From Bacteroidales bacterium (GTDB taxonomy: Bacteria; Bacteroidota; Bacteroidia; Bacteroidales; F082): 64,000 nt of DNA. This document shows positions 30,959 through 39,015 of this stretch, in pieces. Below the pieces are notes generated by a model. That model did not search any database. It was not told where the DNA came from and was given only the letters and a program-made list of their open reading frames with translations. Position 1 is the stretch's first letter. Each line of letters opens with the position of its first letter. The DNA is taken from NCBI GenBank assembly GCA_015709215.1, contig JACCQN010000011.1:6106-70105 (forward strand), read 5' to 3'. Made by a program: the position numbers and the translations under genes.

Positions 30959-31444
30959 ACGATTAAAACTGGTGATTTTCTGGAATCCAAGTGTCATTTA
31001 TCGTATCGCCTAAAAGTTCAGTATTACACTAATTTTGAGTTGGTAAGAAATGACGGCTCAACATAATTTTTCTCATATACAAAACGAATAAACGCTCCGA
31101 AAACAAATTATATTAAATTCAGAGAAGCGTGCAGAAAAGCAATTCAAGACGATTTGAGAAATATGAAACGCGATTGTTTCGAAAGACACTCCAAAAAAGG
31201 ACAAGTCAAATGCCATGAATCAAACGAACTTACAAAACACGAAGAACTAAACGTTGACCATAGACAACCAAATACGTTCTCAGTAATCGTTGAAAGATTT
31301 GTAGAATTAAACAGCATTGACTTTGAAAAAATTGAATATATCCAAGTTGCCGGTAAACCGAATGTGGATAAACCGGTTCAAAGTGTGCCACTGAATCCAG
31401 AATCCCGAAGCTTCGGGATGCCAAAAAATAAAGTTAAGGCATAA
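30959..31444 (+). pseudogene. DUF3223/DCL-like gene disrupted by an in-frame TAA (31064-31066) and lacking an N-terminus
   Basis: A single frame reads ...KVQYYTNFELVRNDGST*FFSYTKRINAPKTNYIKFREACRKAIQDDLRNMKRDCF...LNVDHRQPNTFSVIVERF. From memory, the R-x-DG-x(3)-FSY-x-K core is the DCL/DUF3223 signature. The ORF track reports only the last 96 codons (31154-31444, TTG start). Confidence 0.45.
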
Positions 31445-31471
31445 AATGTAAACAAACGTAAATTCTACCGT

Positions 31472-31502
31472 ATAATCTTTGAAAACTAAAATCAAAGATT
31501 AT
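31472..31502. other. perfect 11-bp inverted repeat ATAATCTTTGA-N9-TCAAAGATTAT
   Basis: Read directly from the sequence about 28 nt after the pseudogene stop. It is AT-rich and could be a bidirectional terminator or an operator. Confidence 0.6.
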
Positions 31503-31570
31503 GAAGCTTATTTTTCAATTAATTAATTCAAGAGAGTTTGCATTTTAAAAATTGAAAAGGGCATTTTAAT

Positions 31571-31578
31571 TACCTTTG
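31571..31578 (+). promoter_or_regulatory. -7 box TACCTTTG upstream of the amylase gene
   Basis: TAnnTTTG match about 57 nt before the ATG at 31635. Confidence 0.4.
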
Positions 31579-31634
31579 AACGCCAGCAATAATAAATAAG
31601 GTCATAAATTAATCAATGAAGGAGAAAACCACAC

Positions 31635-33113
31635 ATGCAAGAATACAACGGAGTAATGATGCAGTATTTTCATTGGTACACCCCTGCTGACGGAACATTA
31701 TGGAATCAGTTGGCCAAAAACGCTCCAGAACTTGCTAAGGCGGGTATTACAGCAGTTTGGCTTCCTCCTGCTTATAAAGGTGTTGCCGGCAAAAATGATG
31801 TTGGTTATGCAGTTTATGATTTGTTCGATCTGGGAGAATTCAAACAAAAGGGATCTGTTCGCACAAAATATGGTACCCGTAAAGCATACCTCAAAGCAAT
31901 AAAGGCAGCACAAAAAGAAAATATTCAAGTTTATGCCGATATCGTTTTCAATCATAAAATGGGAGCCGACTTCTCTGAAGAGTTTAAGGCGCTACCCTAC
32001 GATGTTAATAACCGTACCGTCCCAATCGGGGAAATGAGAACGATACAGGCCTGGACGCATTTTACCTTTCCTGGACGGGATAAAAAATATTCTGAACTTG
32101 AATGGCATTGGTGGCATTTTAATTCAGCCGACTACAACGCTTTAGACGAGAATCAGCGCGCTATTTATCTTTTTGAGGGTAAGCACTTTGATGAGGATGT
32201 TGATCATGAAAAAGGTAATTTTGATTATTTAATGGGATGCAACTTAGATATCAATAATCCGGATGTAAGAAAAGAACTCTTGTATTGGGGCGAATGGCTC
32301 CTTGATACGACAGGCATTGACGGTTTTCGTTTTGATGCAGTGAAACACGTAAAACCTCATTTTTTTATGGAATGGCTCACCCATTTGCGTAAGTATAGCG
32401 GCCGGAATCTGTTTGCTGTTGGCGAATATTGGTCAACTAACATCTCAGCGCTAAAGCATTTTGTAAGCCTCACCGAGGGTGGGATAATGCTGTTCGATTC
32501 GGGTTTGCATTACAACTTTTCAGCTGCCAGCAAACAAGGACAAGCATACGATTTACGCGAGCTTTTTAACAATACTATAATTTCTGAAATTCCAAACCTG
32601 GCGATTACGCTGGTAAGCAATCACGACACACAACCCTTACAAGCCTTGGAATCGGTGGTAGAATCATGGTTTAAACCTTTAGCCTATGCACTCATTTTAT
32701 TGAGACGTGATGGATACCCTTGTATCTTTGCTGCAGATTATTATGGCGCAAAATACAGGGATTTGGGAAAAGACGGTAAAACATATACAATTGAAATGCC
32801 CGGGCATCAGTGCATTATTGATAAATTTCTGGAAGCCCGAAAAAAATATGCTTATGGCAATCAAACTGATTATTTTGATCATCCCAACTGCATAGGCTGG
32901 ACGCGCAGTGGCAACGACAAAAATAAGGAAGGACTTGCAGTGCTTTTAAGCAATGGTCAGGAAGGTTCTAAAAATATGCAAACGGCTTCGGCTAATACGA
33001 CTTACATCGACCTAACGGAACATATTACCCAACCGGTTGTAACTAATGATGAAGGCTGGGGCGAATTTCATTGTTTATCGGGGTCTGTTTCGGTTTGGGT
33101 GCCAAAACAATGA
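31635..33113 (+). CDS. alpha-amylase, GH13 (cytoplasmic AmyA / Bacillus licheniformis type, no signal peptide)
   Basis: 492 aa, NGVMMQYFHWYTPADGTLWN...GITAVWLPPAYKG...DGFRFDAVKHV...VSNHDTQP. Confidence 0.93.
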   Translation: MQEYNGVMMQYFHWYTPADGTLWNQLAKNAPELAKAGITAVWLPPAYKGVAGKNDVGYAVYDLFDLGEFKQKGSVRTKYGTRKAYLKAIKAAQKENIQVYADIVFNHKMGADFSEEFKALPYDVNNRTVPIGEMRTIQAWTHFTFPGRDKKYSELEWHWWHFNSADYNALDENQRAIYLFEGKHFDEDVDHEKGNFDYLMGCNLDINNPDVRKELLYWGEWLLDTTGIDGFRFDAVKHVKPHFFMEWLTHLRKYSGRNLFAVGEYWSTNISALKHFVSLTEGGIMLFDSGLHYNFSAASKQGQAYDLRELFNNTIISEIPNLAITLVSNHDTQPLQALESVVESWFKPLAYALILLRRDGYPCIFAADYYGAKYRDLGKDGKTYTIEMPGHQCIIDKFLEARKKYAYGNQTDYFDHPNCIGWTRSGNDKNKEGLAVLLSNGQEGSKNMQTASANTTYIDLTEHITQPVVTNDEGWGEFHCLSGSVSVWVPKQ

Positions 33114-33222
33114 TAACAAACTGTTTAACAAAGTAATGCATAATTCATCTGACCGTATAAATATCACACTATAGAAACAATAATTCAATGTTAAGCAAAC
33201 CATAAAACGTTAATTTCAGGAA

Positions 33223-34098
33223 ATGGAGAAGCATAAAGCAGGATACTTGGAAGGTATTATCTCAATAGTGGTAAACAGCGTATTGTTTATACTAAAATTT
33301 TGGGCCGGATTGGTCACAGGTTCTATCGCCCTGACTGCTGACGCATGGCATACACTCTCCGACTCCTTAAGTTCAATAATCGTGATTGTAGGCGTAAAAC
33401 TATCCTCTAAAAAGCCTGACGATGAACATCCTTTCGGACATGGCCGGTGGGAACAGATTGCAGCGTTGTTTATTGCGTTCTTGCTCGGTATTATTGCATT
33501 TGACTTTCTGAAGGATGCCATAATTCAATTCAAAAACCACGAATCCACTACTTTTGGGACAATAGCTATCGTGGTAACAATCATTTCGATAATTTTGAAA
33601 GAAGCTTTAGCTCAATATGCCTTTTATATTGGCAGAAAGACTAATAATGTAAGTATTAAAGCTGATGGCTGGCATCACCGTACAGATGCTTTGTCGTCTG
33701 TTGTTGTTTTAATTGGCATTTTGTTTGCTAATAAATTCTGGTGGATCGACAGCGTTTTGGGAGCCATTATTTCAATTATGCTTTTTTATGCTACCTATCA
33801 AATTGCAAGAGAGGCTATTAACAAGCTTCTTGGAGAAAACCCAAGTCCCGAATTAATCGATAAAATCAAAAAATCAGTTGATGCGTATAGATCAGAAGAT
33901 ATCGATATGCATCATTTTCATATTCATAATTATATAAGCCATCAGGAATTAACTTTTCACATTAAGCTTGAAAATGACTTAAGCATCGAAGAAGGTCACA
34001 AAATTGCCACTGATATCGAAAATATCATTCATAAAAAGTTTGGCATTATTTCGACCATTCATGTTGAACCTTTAAATTTTAAACATAACTTCGACTAG
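33223..34098 (+). CDS. cation diffusion facilitator (CDF) family transporter
   Basis: 291 aa, GSIALTADAWHTLSDSLSS...HPFGHGRWE...DGWHHRTDALSS; six TM helices plus a C-terminal cytoplasmic domain. Confidence 0.9.
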   Translation: MEKHKAGYLEGIISIVVNSVLFILKFWAGLVTGSIALTADAWHTLSDSLSSIIVIVGVKLSSKKPDDEHPFGHGRWEQIAALFIAFLLGIIAFDFLKDAIIQFKNHESTTFGTIAIVVTIISIILKEALAQYAFYIGRKTNNVSIKADGWHHRTDALSSVVVLIGILFANKFWWIDSVLGAIISIMLFYATYQIAREAINKLLGENPSPELIDKIKKSVDAYRSEDIDMHHFHIHNYISHQELTFHIKLENDLSIEEGHKIATDIENIIHKKFGIISTIHVEPLNFKHNFD

Positions 34099-34120
34099 AC
34101 TAATTCAATCTCACTCCCAC

Positions 34121-34137
34121 GCAAACTTTAGGTTTGC
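34121..34137 (+). terminator. possible hairpin after the CDF gene (GCAAAC-tttag-GTTTGC)
   Basis: 6-bp stem about 23 nt after the stop, with no clear U-tract. Confidence 0.25.
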
Positions 34138-34625
34138 TGCATTACCATGCACTTAACAGCATGCCATGATATGGTTTTTGGGCATAATTGAGCCAGAGAG
34201 AGTAATCAAAATAATTAACTTTGATCCTGAAATATTTACCAACCCGCTAATAACAACTTAAAGCTTGTGATTTGCATATTGAAAAAATCCAGATCCAGTT
34301 TGATAAGCTAAATAAAGAAGAAGTGTTGCCTGAGTAGTATAAAAATAACCGAATTTCAATGCAAAACAATGGCTCGTTAAGATAATTAGTGTTGATATAA
34401 CCAGAATCTCTGGTTTAAAAGAACCTATTGCCTTAGCTATATTTTCTGAAACAGGGCGTAATCTTGCCTAAAAAATTTCTACGCTGAAAGAAAACATGAC
34501 TAAAGATCATTTTATTAAAATGTAAAACCCTTTATGACAAATTGTTGTTCAGGTTTTCTTTCTCTATAAAAGCCTTGAAATTTCAACAGATAAATAAAAA
34601 AAACGCATCACATCAATTAATAAAC

Positions 34626-34633
34626 TACCTTTG
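34626..34633 (+). promoter_or_regulatory. -7 box TACCTTTG for the DEAD-box helicase gene
   Basis: TACCTTTGCAGCTTCG implies a structured leader of about 105 nt before the ATG at 34745. Confidence 0.45.
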
Positions 34634-34744
34634 CAGCTTCGTAGCCATTACGAAAACGGCAGGTTGTTAGCCGTAATCAATTTAAAACTTACTGCCGGCG
34701 CAGAAAATGCAACATCTTATCCGGCTCCATTTACTTCAAATTTC

Positions 34745-35965
34745 ATGACTTTTAGAAAACTCAATCTTATTGAACCTGTTCTTCAGGCTTTAACTGCTGA
34801 GGGATACAATACACCAACTCCCATTCAGCATCAGGCTATTCCGGTAGTTTTAGCCGGACGCGACATTCAGGGCTGTGCCCAAACCGGAACCGGCAAAACA
34901 GCAGCTTTTGCTTTGCCGATTATTCAACATATATATAACGAGCGAAAATCGCACAACGGCATTCGTGCTCTCATACTTACACCAACACGCGAGCTGGCCA
35001 TCCAAATTGACGAAAGCTTTAAGGCTTACAGTAAATTCACCAGTCTGAAACATACAGTCATTTTTGGTGGTGTTTCGCAGGTTTCTCAGGTGAGGACGCT
35101 AAGCCGGGGCGTTGAGGTGCTGGTGGCAACCCCTGGCAGACTGCTCGACTTGATTGGCCAGGGCTATATCAAATTAAATCACCTGGAAACCTTTGTACTC
35201 GACGAAGCAGATCGCATGCTCGACATGGGCTTTATCCACGATGTGAAACGTGTGATGACTTATCTGCCTGCCAAACGGCAAACACTGTTTTTCTCGGCTA
35301 CTATGTCGCCGGTAATTGAAAAACTGGCACAGTCGATGCTTAAAACCCCCGTTAAAGTGGAAGTAACTCCTCCAACTTCAACAGTAGATAAAATTGAACA
35401 GCAGCTTTTCCATACTAATAAAAAAGATAAACCAGCATTGCTCCATCATTTGCTTGAAGAGAGGAATATTCCGACAGCATTGGTGTTTACCAGAACAAAA
35501 CACGGAGCCAATCGCGTAGTGAAATACCTGCTGGGGATGCATGTGAAATCTGCTGCCATTCATGGCAACAAAAGCCAAACGGCCAGACAAGCCGCCCTCA
35601 ACGACTTTAAAAAAGGAAACCTGCGGGTGTTAGTAGCTACCGATATTGCTGCCAGAGGCATTGATATTGACGAACTTACACACGTTTTCAATTTTGACCT
35701 CCCCGATGTGCCGGAAACCTATATTCATCGCATCGGGCGCACAGGCAGAGCAGGTCTCGGAGGTACTGCCATCGCATTTTGCGAGCTGGAAGAACGGGTA
35801 AATCTCCGCGACATTGAAAAGCTGATTGGCAAAAGGGTGCCAGTAGTGCAAAACCACCCTTTCCCCTTTGATGGTAGCCTTTCGAATAACATAAAACCGG
35901 CAAATGATAACAACCGAAATCAACGCTCATACAAACCAAAATACAGACAACGCAGCGCTTCCTGA
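34745..35965 (+). CDS. rhlE: DEAD-box ATP-dependent RNA helicase (RhlE-like) with basic C-terminal tail
   Basis: The ORF-track frame starts at 34631, inside the promoter. The Met at 34745 gives MTFRKLNLIEPVLQALTAEGYNTPTPIQHQAIP (Q motif), AQTGTGKT, DEAD, SAT and HRIGRTGRAG. Confidence 0.93.
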   Translation: MTFRKLNLIEPVLQALTAEGYNTPTPIQHQAIPVVLAGRDIQGCAQTGTGKTAAFALPIIQHIYNERKSHNGIRALILTPTRELAIQIDESFKAYSKFTSLKHTVIFGGVSQVSQVRTLSRGVEVLVATPGRLLDLIGQGYIKLNHLETFVLDEADRMLDMGFIHDVKRVMTYLPAKRQTLFFSATMSPVIEKLAQSMLKTPVKVEVTPPTSTVDKIEQQLFHTNKKDKPALLHHLLEERNIPTALVFTRTKHGANRVVKYLLGMHVKSAAIHGNKSQTARQAALNDFKKGNLRVLVATDIAARGIDIDELTHVFNFDLPDVPETYIHRIGRTGRAGLGGTAIAFCELEERVNLRDIEKLIGKRVPVVQNHPFPFDGSLSNNIKPANDNNRNQRSYKPKYRQRSAS

Positions 35966-36025
35966 GAAACATATTTCATAATAAAAGCTAATATTTTGGG
36001 ATAATAACTGATCCTGAATACAACA

Positions 36026-36053
36026 ATTAAACAGCGATAACAAGCTGTTTAAT
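36026..36053 (+). terminator. hairpin terminator after rhlE
   Basis: ATTAAACAGC-gataacaa-GCTGTTTAAT (10-bp perfect stem) about 60 nt after the stop, with a weak T-tract (tcgttt). Confidence 0.55.
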
Positions 36054-36187
36054 CGTTTAGGGAACAATATAACAATACTCAGGAGTGAGAAGTAGCAAAC
36101 CAAAAATAGGATTAAAATAAAATTCAATCCACAGTTGATTTGTCATTTCCATAAAGGTCTTATCTTTATCCAAACTTTTCAACCTCT

Positions 36188-37339
36188 ATGAATGCCTTTT
36201 TAAAATTTTTGAAGCCACTCACAGGGCTGTTAATTTTTATCTTATTGGGTTGGTATTTTTCTGATATCCTGACCTATATGATCATTTCGGCTGTGTTGTC
36301 GCTTTTGGGAAGACCCTTGGTAAACTACCTTGAAAAACTTCATATTTATCGTTTCAAAATAAATAGTGCACTTGCTTCAGGTATAAGCCTTATTGTGATG
36401 ATTATGATATTTGGCCTTTTTATTTTATTTATTGTGCCACTTATCAGCAATCAGGCACGCATTATCGCTAATATTGATACAGATGCAGTCAGCAATTATT
36501 TCTATAAACCATTAAATAAAATTTATACTTTTTTGGTGGATTACAATGTGTTAAATGCCGATCAAAGTATTACCGTGTTATTTGACCAGCAATTAAACCA
36601 GTTGTTGGATGTAGCACATTTCACTAATTTTTTTGGACAAGTCATCAATGCTACCTCAAACATACTGATGGGAATATTTATTGTTTTATTTCTTACGTTT
36701 TTCTTTTTAAAAGATCCTAATCTTTTACGCTCGATCATAATTTCCATCACCCCCGAAGCATACATCAAAGATGTTCAGCATGTTATGACAGATTCGCGCA
36801 TTTTGCTTACCAGATATTTCCTGGGGATTCTGCTCGAACTCACCTCCATGATGACCATTATTTCGCTAGCGCTGACAGCTTTTGGCATACAAAACGCCAT
36901 TATAATCGGTTTTTTAGGCGGGCTGATGAATATCATTCCTTATCTGGGTCCTATAATAGGTGCTTCAATTGGTGTAGCACTGGGTGTTATTTCCGTCTTA
37001 AGTTCAGGACATTACGATGCTGTTTTAATTACTACAATTATAATTATTGGAACCTTTTCCGTGGCTAATGTCATTGACAATATTTTATTGCAACCGATTA
37101 TTTATTCCAAAAGCGTGAAAGCCCACCCGATTGAGATTTTCCTTGTCATCATCATGGCCGGAAAAGTTTTTGGTATCGCCGGAATGATAATCGCCATCCC
37201 AACCTATACGGTTTTCAGGGTTATTGCCAAAATGTTTTTAAGTCAGTTCAAATTTATTCAGGCACTCACCGAAAACATGGTTATAGAACATCCTGATAAA
37301 AGCAAAAACAAACAATTTCGCGATGAAAATGTGGAATAA
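36188..37339 (+). CDS. AI-2E family transporter (PerM/UPF0118)
   Basis: 383 aa polytopic membrane protein, ...LGGLMNIIPYLGPIIGA... Confidence 0.85.
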   Translation: MNAFLKFLKPLTGLLIFILLGWYFSDILTYMIISAVLSLLGRPLVNYLEKLHIYRFKINSALASGISLIVMIMIFGLFILFIVPLISNQARIIANIDTDAVSNYFYKPLNKIYTFLVDYNVLNADQSITVLFDQQLNQLLDVAHFTNFFGQVINATSNILMGIFIVLFLTFFFLKDPNLLRSIIISITPEAYIKDVQHVMTDSRILLTRYFLGILLELTSMMTIISLALTAFGIQNAIIIGFLGGLMNIIPYLGPIIGASIGVALGVISVLSSGHYDAVLITTIIIIGTFSVANVIDNILLQPIIYSKSVKAHPIEIFLVIIMAGKVFGIAGMIIAIPTYTVFRVIAKMFLSQFKFIQALTENMVIEHPDKSKNKQFRDENVE

Positions 37340-37367
37340 TTAACTTTGAAAGTTAACAAAATTTTAC

Positions 37368-37375
37368 TATCTTTG
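37368..37375 (+). promoter_or_regulatory. -7 box TATCTTTG upstream of the YtxH gene
   Basis: TAnnTTTG match about 27 nt before the ATG at 37402. It is preceded by the palindrome TTAACTTTGAAAGTTAA (37340-37356). Confidence 0.4.
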
Positions 37376-37401
37376 TAAAAATCCCCTAAAAACTAAATAT
37401 T

Positions 37402-37659
37402 ATGAGTGATTCAGGATCTAAAACTTTTTTTGTTTTTGCTACAGGACTTTTTGTTGGAGCAGCCGCAGGCGCTGTTGCAGGTATCTTATTTGCTCCTGAA
37501 AAAGGAGCTGAAACAAGACGTAAGATTACAGAAAAATCCAATGAATTTAAAGATGACATTTCCGAAAAGATCGATCATCTGAAAGAATCCATTGAGGAAA
37601 AAATTGCCGAGGCATTACCAAAAGATAAAGATAAAGAAAAGAAAGCTGCCAAAAGCTAA
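37402..37659 (+). CDS. YtxH domain-containing protein
   Basis: 85 aa, FFVFATGLFVGAAAGAVAGILFAPEKGAETRRKI...; one TM plus a charged helix. Confidence 0.8.
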   Translation: MSDSGSKTFFVFATGLFVGAAAGAVAGILFAPEKGAETRRKITEKSNEFKDDISEKIDHLKESIEEKIAEALPKDKDKEKKAAKS

Positions 37660-37685
37660 GATCTCTAAACCCTAAGTTCAGTATT

Positions 37686-38279
37686 ATGGACGAATTCACA
37701 AAACCTGTTTCGGAAGCCGGAAACGAACTTAAAAGGTATATCAATTTAAAAGCCAGTCATGCCGGTTTACTCTTAAACCGGCGTTTATCTGACTTTGCAT
37801 CGCAGCTGGTTACTATGCTGGTGCTTGTTGGCATTTTAGCCATGATACTGCTGATGCTGTCGTTTGCCTTTGTGTTCTGGTATGGCGCCGAAGCCGGAAC
37901 GTATTATCATGGCTTTCTGATCATCAGCCTGCTGTATATGATTTTCGGCTTGATCATTTATTATTTTCGTGAGCCTTTGCTCATGAATCCGATTATTCGC
38001 AAACTGAATCAAAAACAGCAGCGATTGGGCGACGAAATGGAATCGCTCCCCATTCCGGCAGTAAAAAATAAGGACGACATAGAAAAACAACTCGAAATTA
38101 TGGAGCTTCAAATTGAACAAAGTGAATTACTGATTCAAAAACATATTAAGGATTTTGGAACAGCCTTTACACCTTCCAACATCATGAATTCCTTGTTTTC
38201 TTATGCCCTATCTTCTTCCAGCCTGATGATGAGCGGAGCCATACTCCTTTTGAAACTGTTGAAAAAACGCAAGCGCTAA
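37686..38279 (+). CDS. hypothetical membrane protein (two central TM helices, coiled-coil C-terminal half; possibly holin-X/DUF1469-like)
   Basis: 197 aa, the only long ORF here, 26 nt after the YtxH gene. The family assignment is a weak recollection. Confidence 0.55.
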   Translation: MDEFTKPVSEAGNELKRYINLKASHAGLLLNRRLSDFASQLVTMLVLVGILAMILLMLSFAFVFWYGAEAGTYYHGFLIISLLYMIFGLIIYYFREPLLMNPIIRKLNQKQQRLGDEMESLPIPAVKNKDDIEKQLEIMELQIEQSELLIQKHIKDFGTAFTPSNIMNSLFSYALSSSSLMMSGAILLLKLLKKRKR

Positions 38280-38284
38280 GTCCC

Positions 38285-38848
38285 TTACACTGTGAGGATA
38301 TCTTTCTCTTTTTTCTCAGTAAGTAAGTCAACTTTTTTAATATAACTATCGGTAAGTTCCTGGATATCGTCCAGGAGCTTTTTTACTGTATCTTCCGGAA
38401 GCCCATCTTTTTCAAGCTTTTTTGCTTCCTCATTGGCCTGTCGTCTTGAATTCCGGATACTGATCTTGGCATCTTCTGATTCTGTTCTAGCCCTTTTTAC
38501 GAGTTCCTTACGACGCTCTTCTGTAAGCGGAGGTACATTAATTCGAATTAAATCTCCTTCATTACTCGGGTTGAAACCCAAATTAGCAGCCATAATAGCC
38601 TTTTCTATAGCTCCAATACTGCTCTTATCAAATGGCTGAACAATGATTTGCCTGGGATCAGGTGTGTTGATATTAGCAGTTTGTTCGATAGGGACATGCG
38701 TTCCATAGTACTCAACAATAACACCATTCAACATAGCAGGACTTGATTGTCCGGCTCTGATTTTCGTAAATTCTTTTTCAAGATGCATAACGGAATTTGC
38801 CATATGCTCCTCGGCCGATTCCAGAATAAACTCAACTTCTTCTGTCAT
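38285..38848 (-). CDS. frr: ribosome recycling factor
   Basis: 187 aa, ...FTKIRAGQSSPAMLNGV...IRNSRRQANEE... Confidence 0.96.
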   Translation of the reverse strand: MTEEVEFILESAEEHMANSVMHLEKEFTKIRAGQSSPAMLNGVIVEYYGTHVPIEQTANINTPDPRQIIVQPFDKSSIGAIEKAIMAANLGFNPSNEGDLIRINVPPLTEERRKELVKRARTESEDAKISIRNSRRQANEEAKKLEKDGLPEDTVKKLLDDIQELTDSYIKKVDLLTEKKEKDILTV

Positions 38849-38874
38849 AACTATCGTTTTTTAAGAACCCAAAG

Positions 38875-38882
38875 CAAATATA
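38875..38882 (-). promoter_or_regulatory. -7 box TATATTTG for frr
   Basis: The minus strand reads TATATTTGCTTTGGG about 27 nt upstream of the frr ATG and downstream of the terminator at 38910-38943. Confidence 0.45.
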
Positions 38883-38909
38883 CAGGATTTTTTTTCATCC
38901 TCAGAAAGG

Positions 38910-38943
38910 ATAAAAACAGGAAATATTTTCATCACATTCCTGT
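38910..38943 (-). terminator. intrinsic terminator after the GT-C glycosyltransferase gene
   Basis: The minus strand reads ACAGGAA-tgtgatgaaaatat-TTCCTGT followed by TTTTTATCC. Confidence 0.6.
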
Positions 38944-39015
38944 CTGAACTAATTCATCTGCTTACCAATTAATAATTGCTTTAAAATGTGAGTTTTAGTT
39001 TAGACCGCGATAAAA

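Noticed and set aside
34250-34460. Minus-strand open frame of about 67 codons (...ILVISTLIILTSHCFALKFGYFYTTQATLLLYLAYQTGSGFF...) in the CDF-rhlE spacer.
   Set aside because: It has no start codon and no recognisable family. AT-rich sequence often yields hydrophobic pseudo-peptides. It is mentioned only as a possible relic.
34631-34744. 38-codon N-terminal extension of the DEAD-box helicase ORF.
   Set aside because: It starts inside the TACCTTTG promoter box with a non-ATG codon. The Q-motif-proximal Met at 34745 gives the normal N-terminus.
37402-38279. YtxH protein plus the following two-TM protein as a possible phage-derived holin module.
   Set aside because: No lysin, phage structural or integrase genes are nearby. 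From memory the pair is a common conserved stress or envelope gene pair in Bacteroidota.
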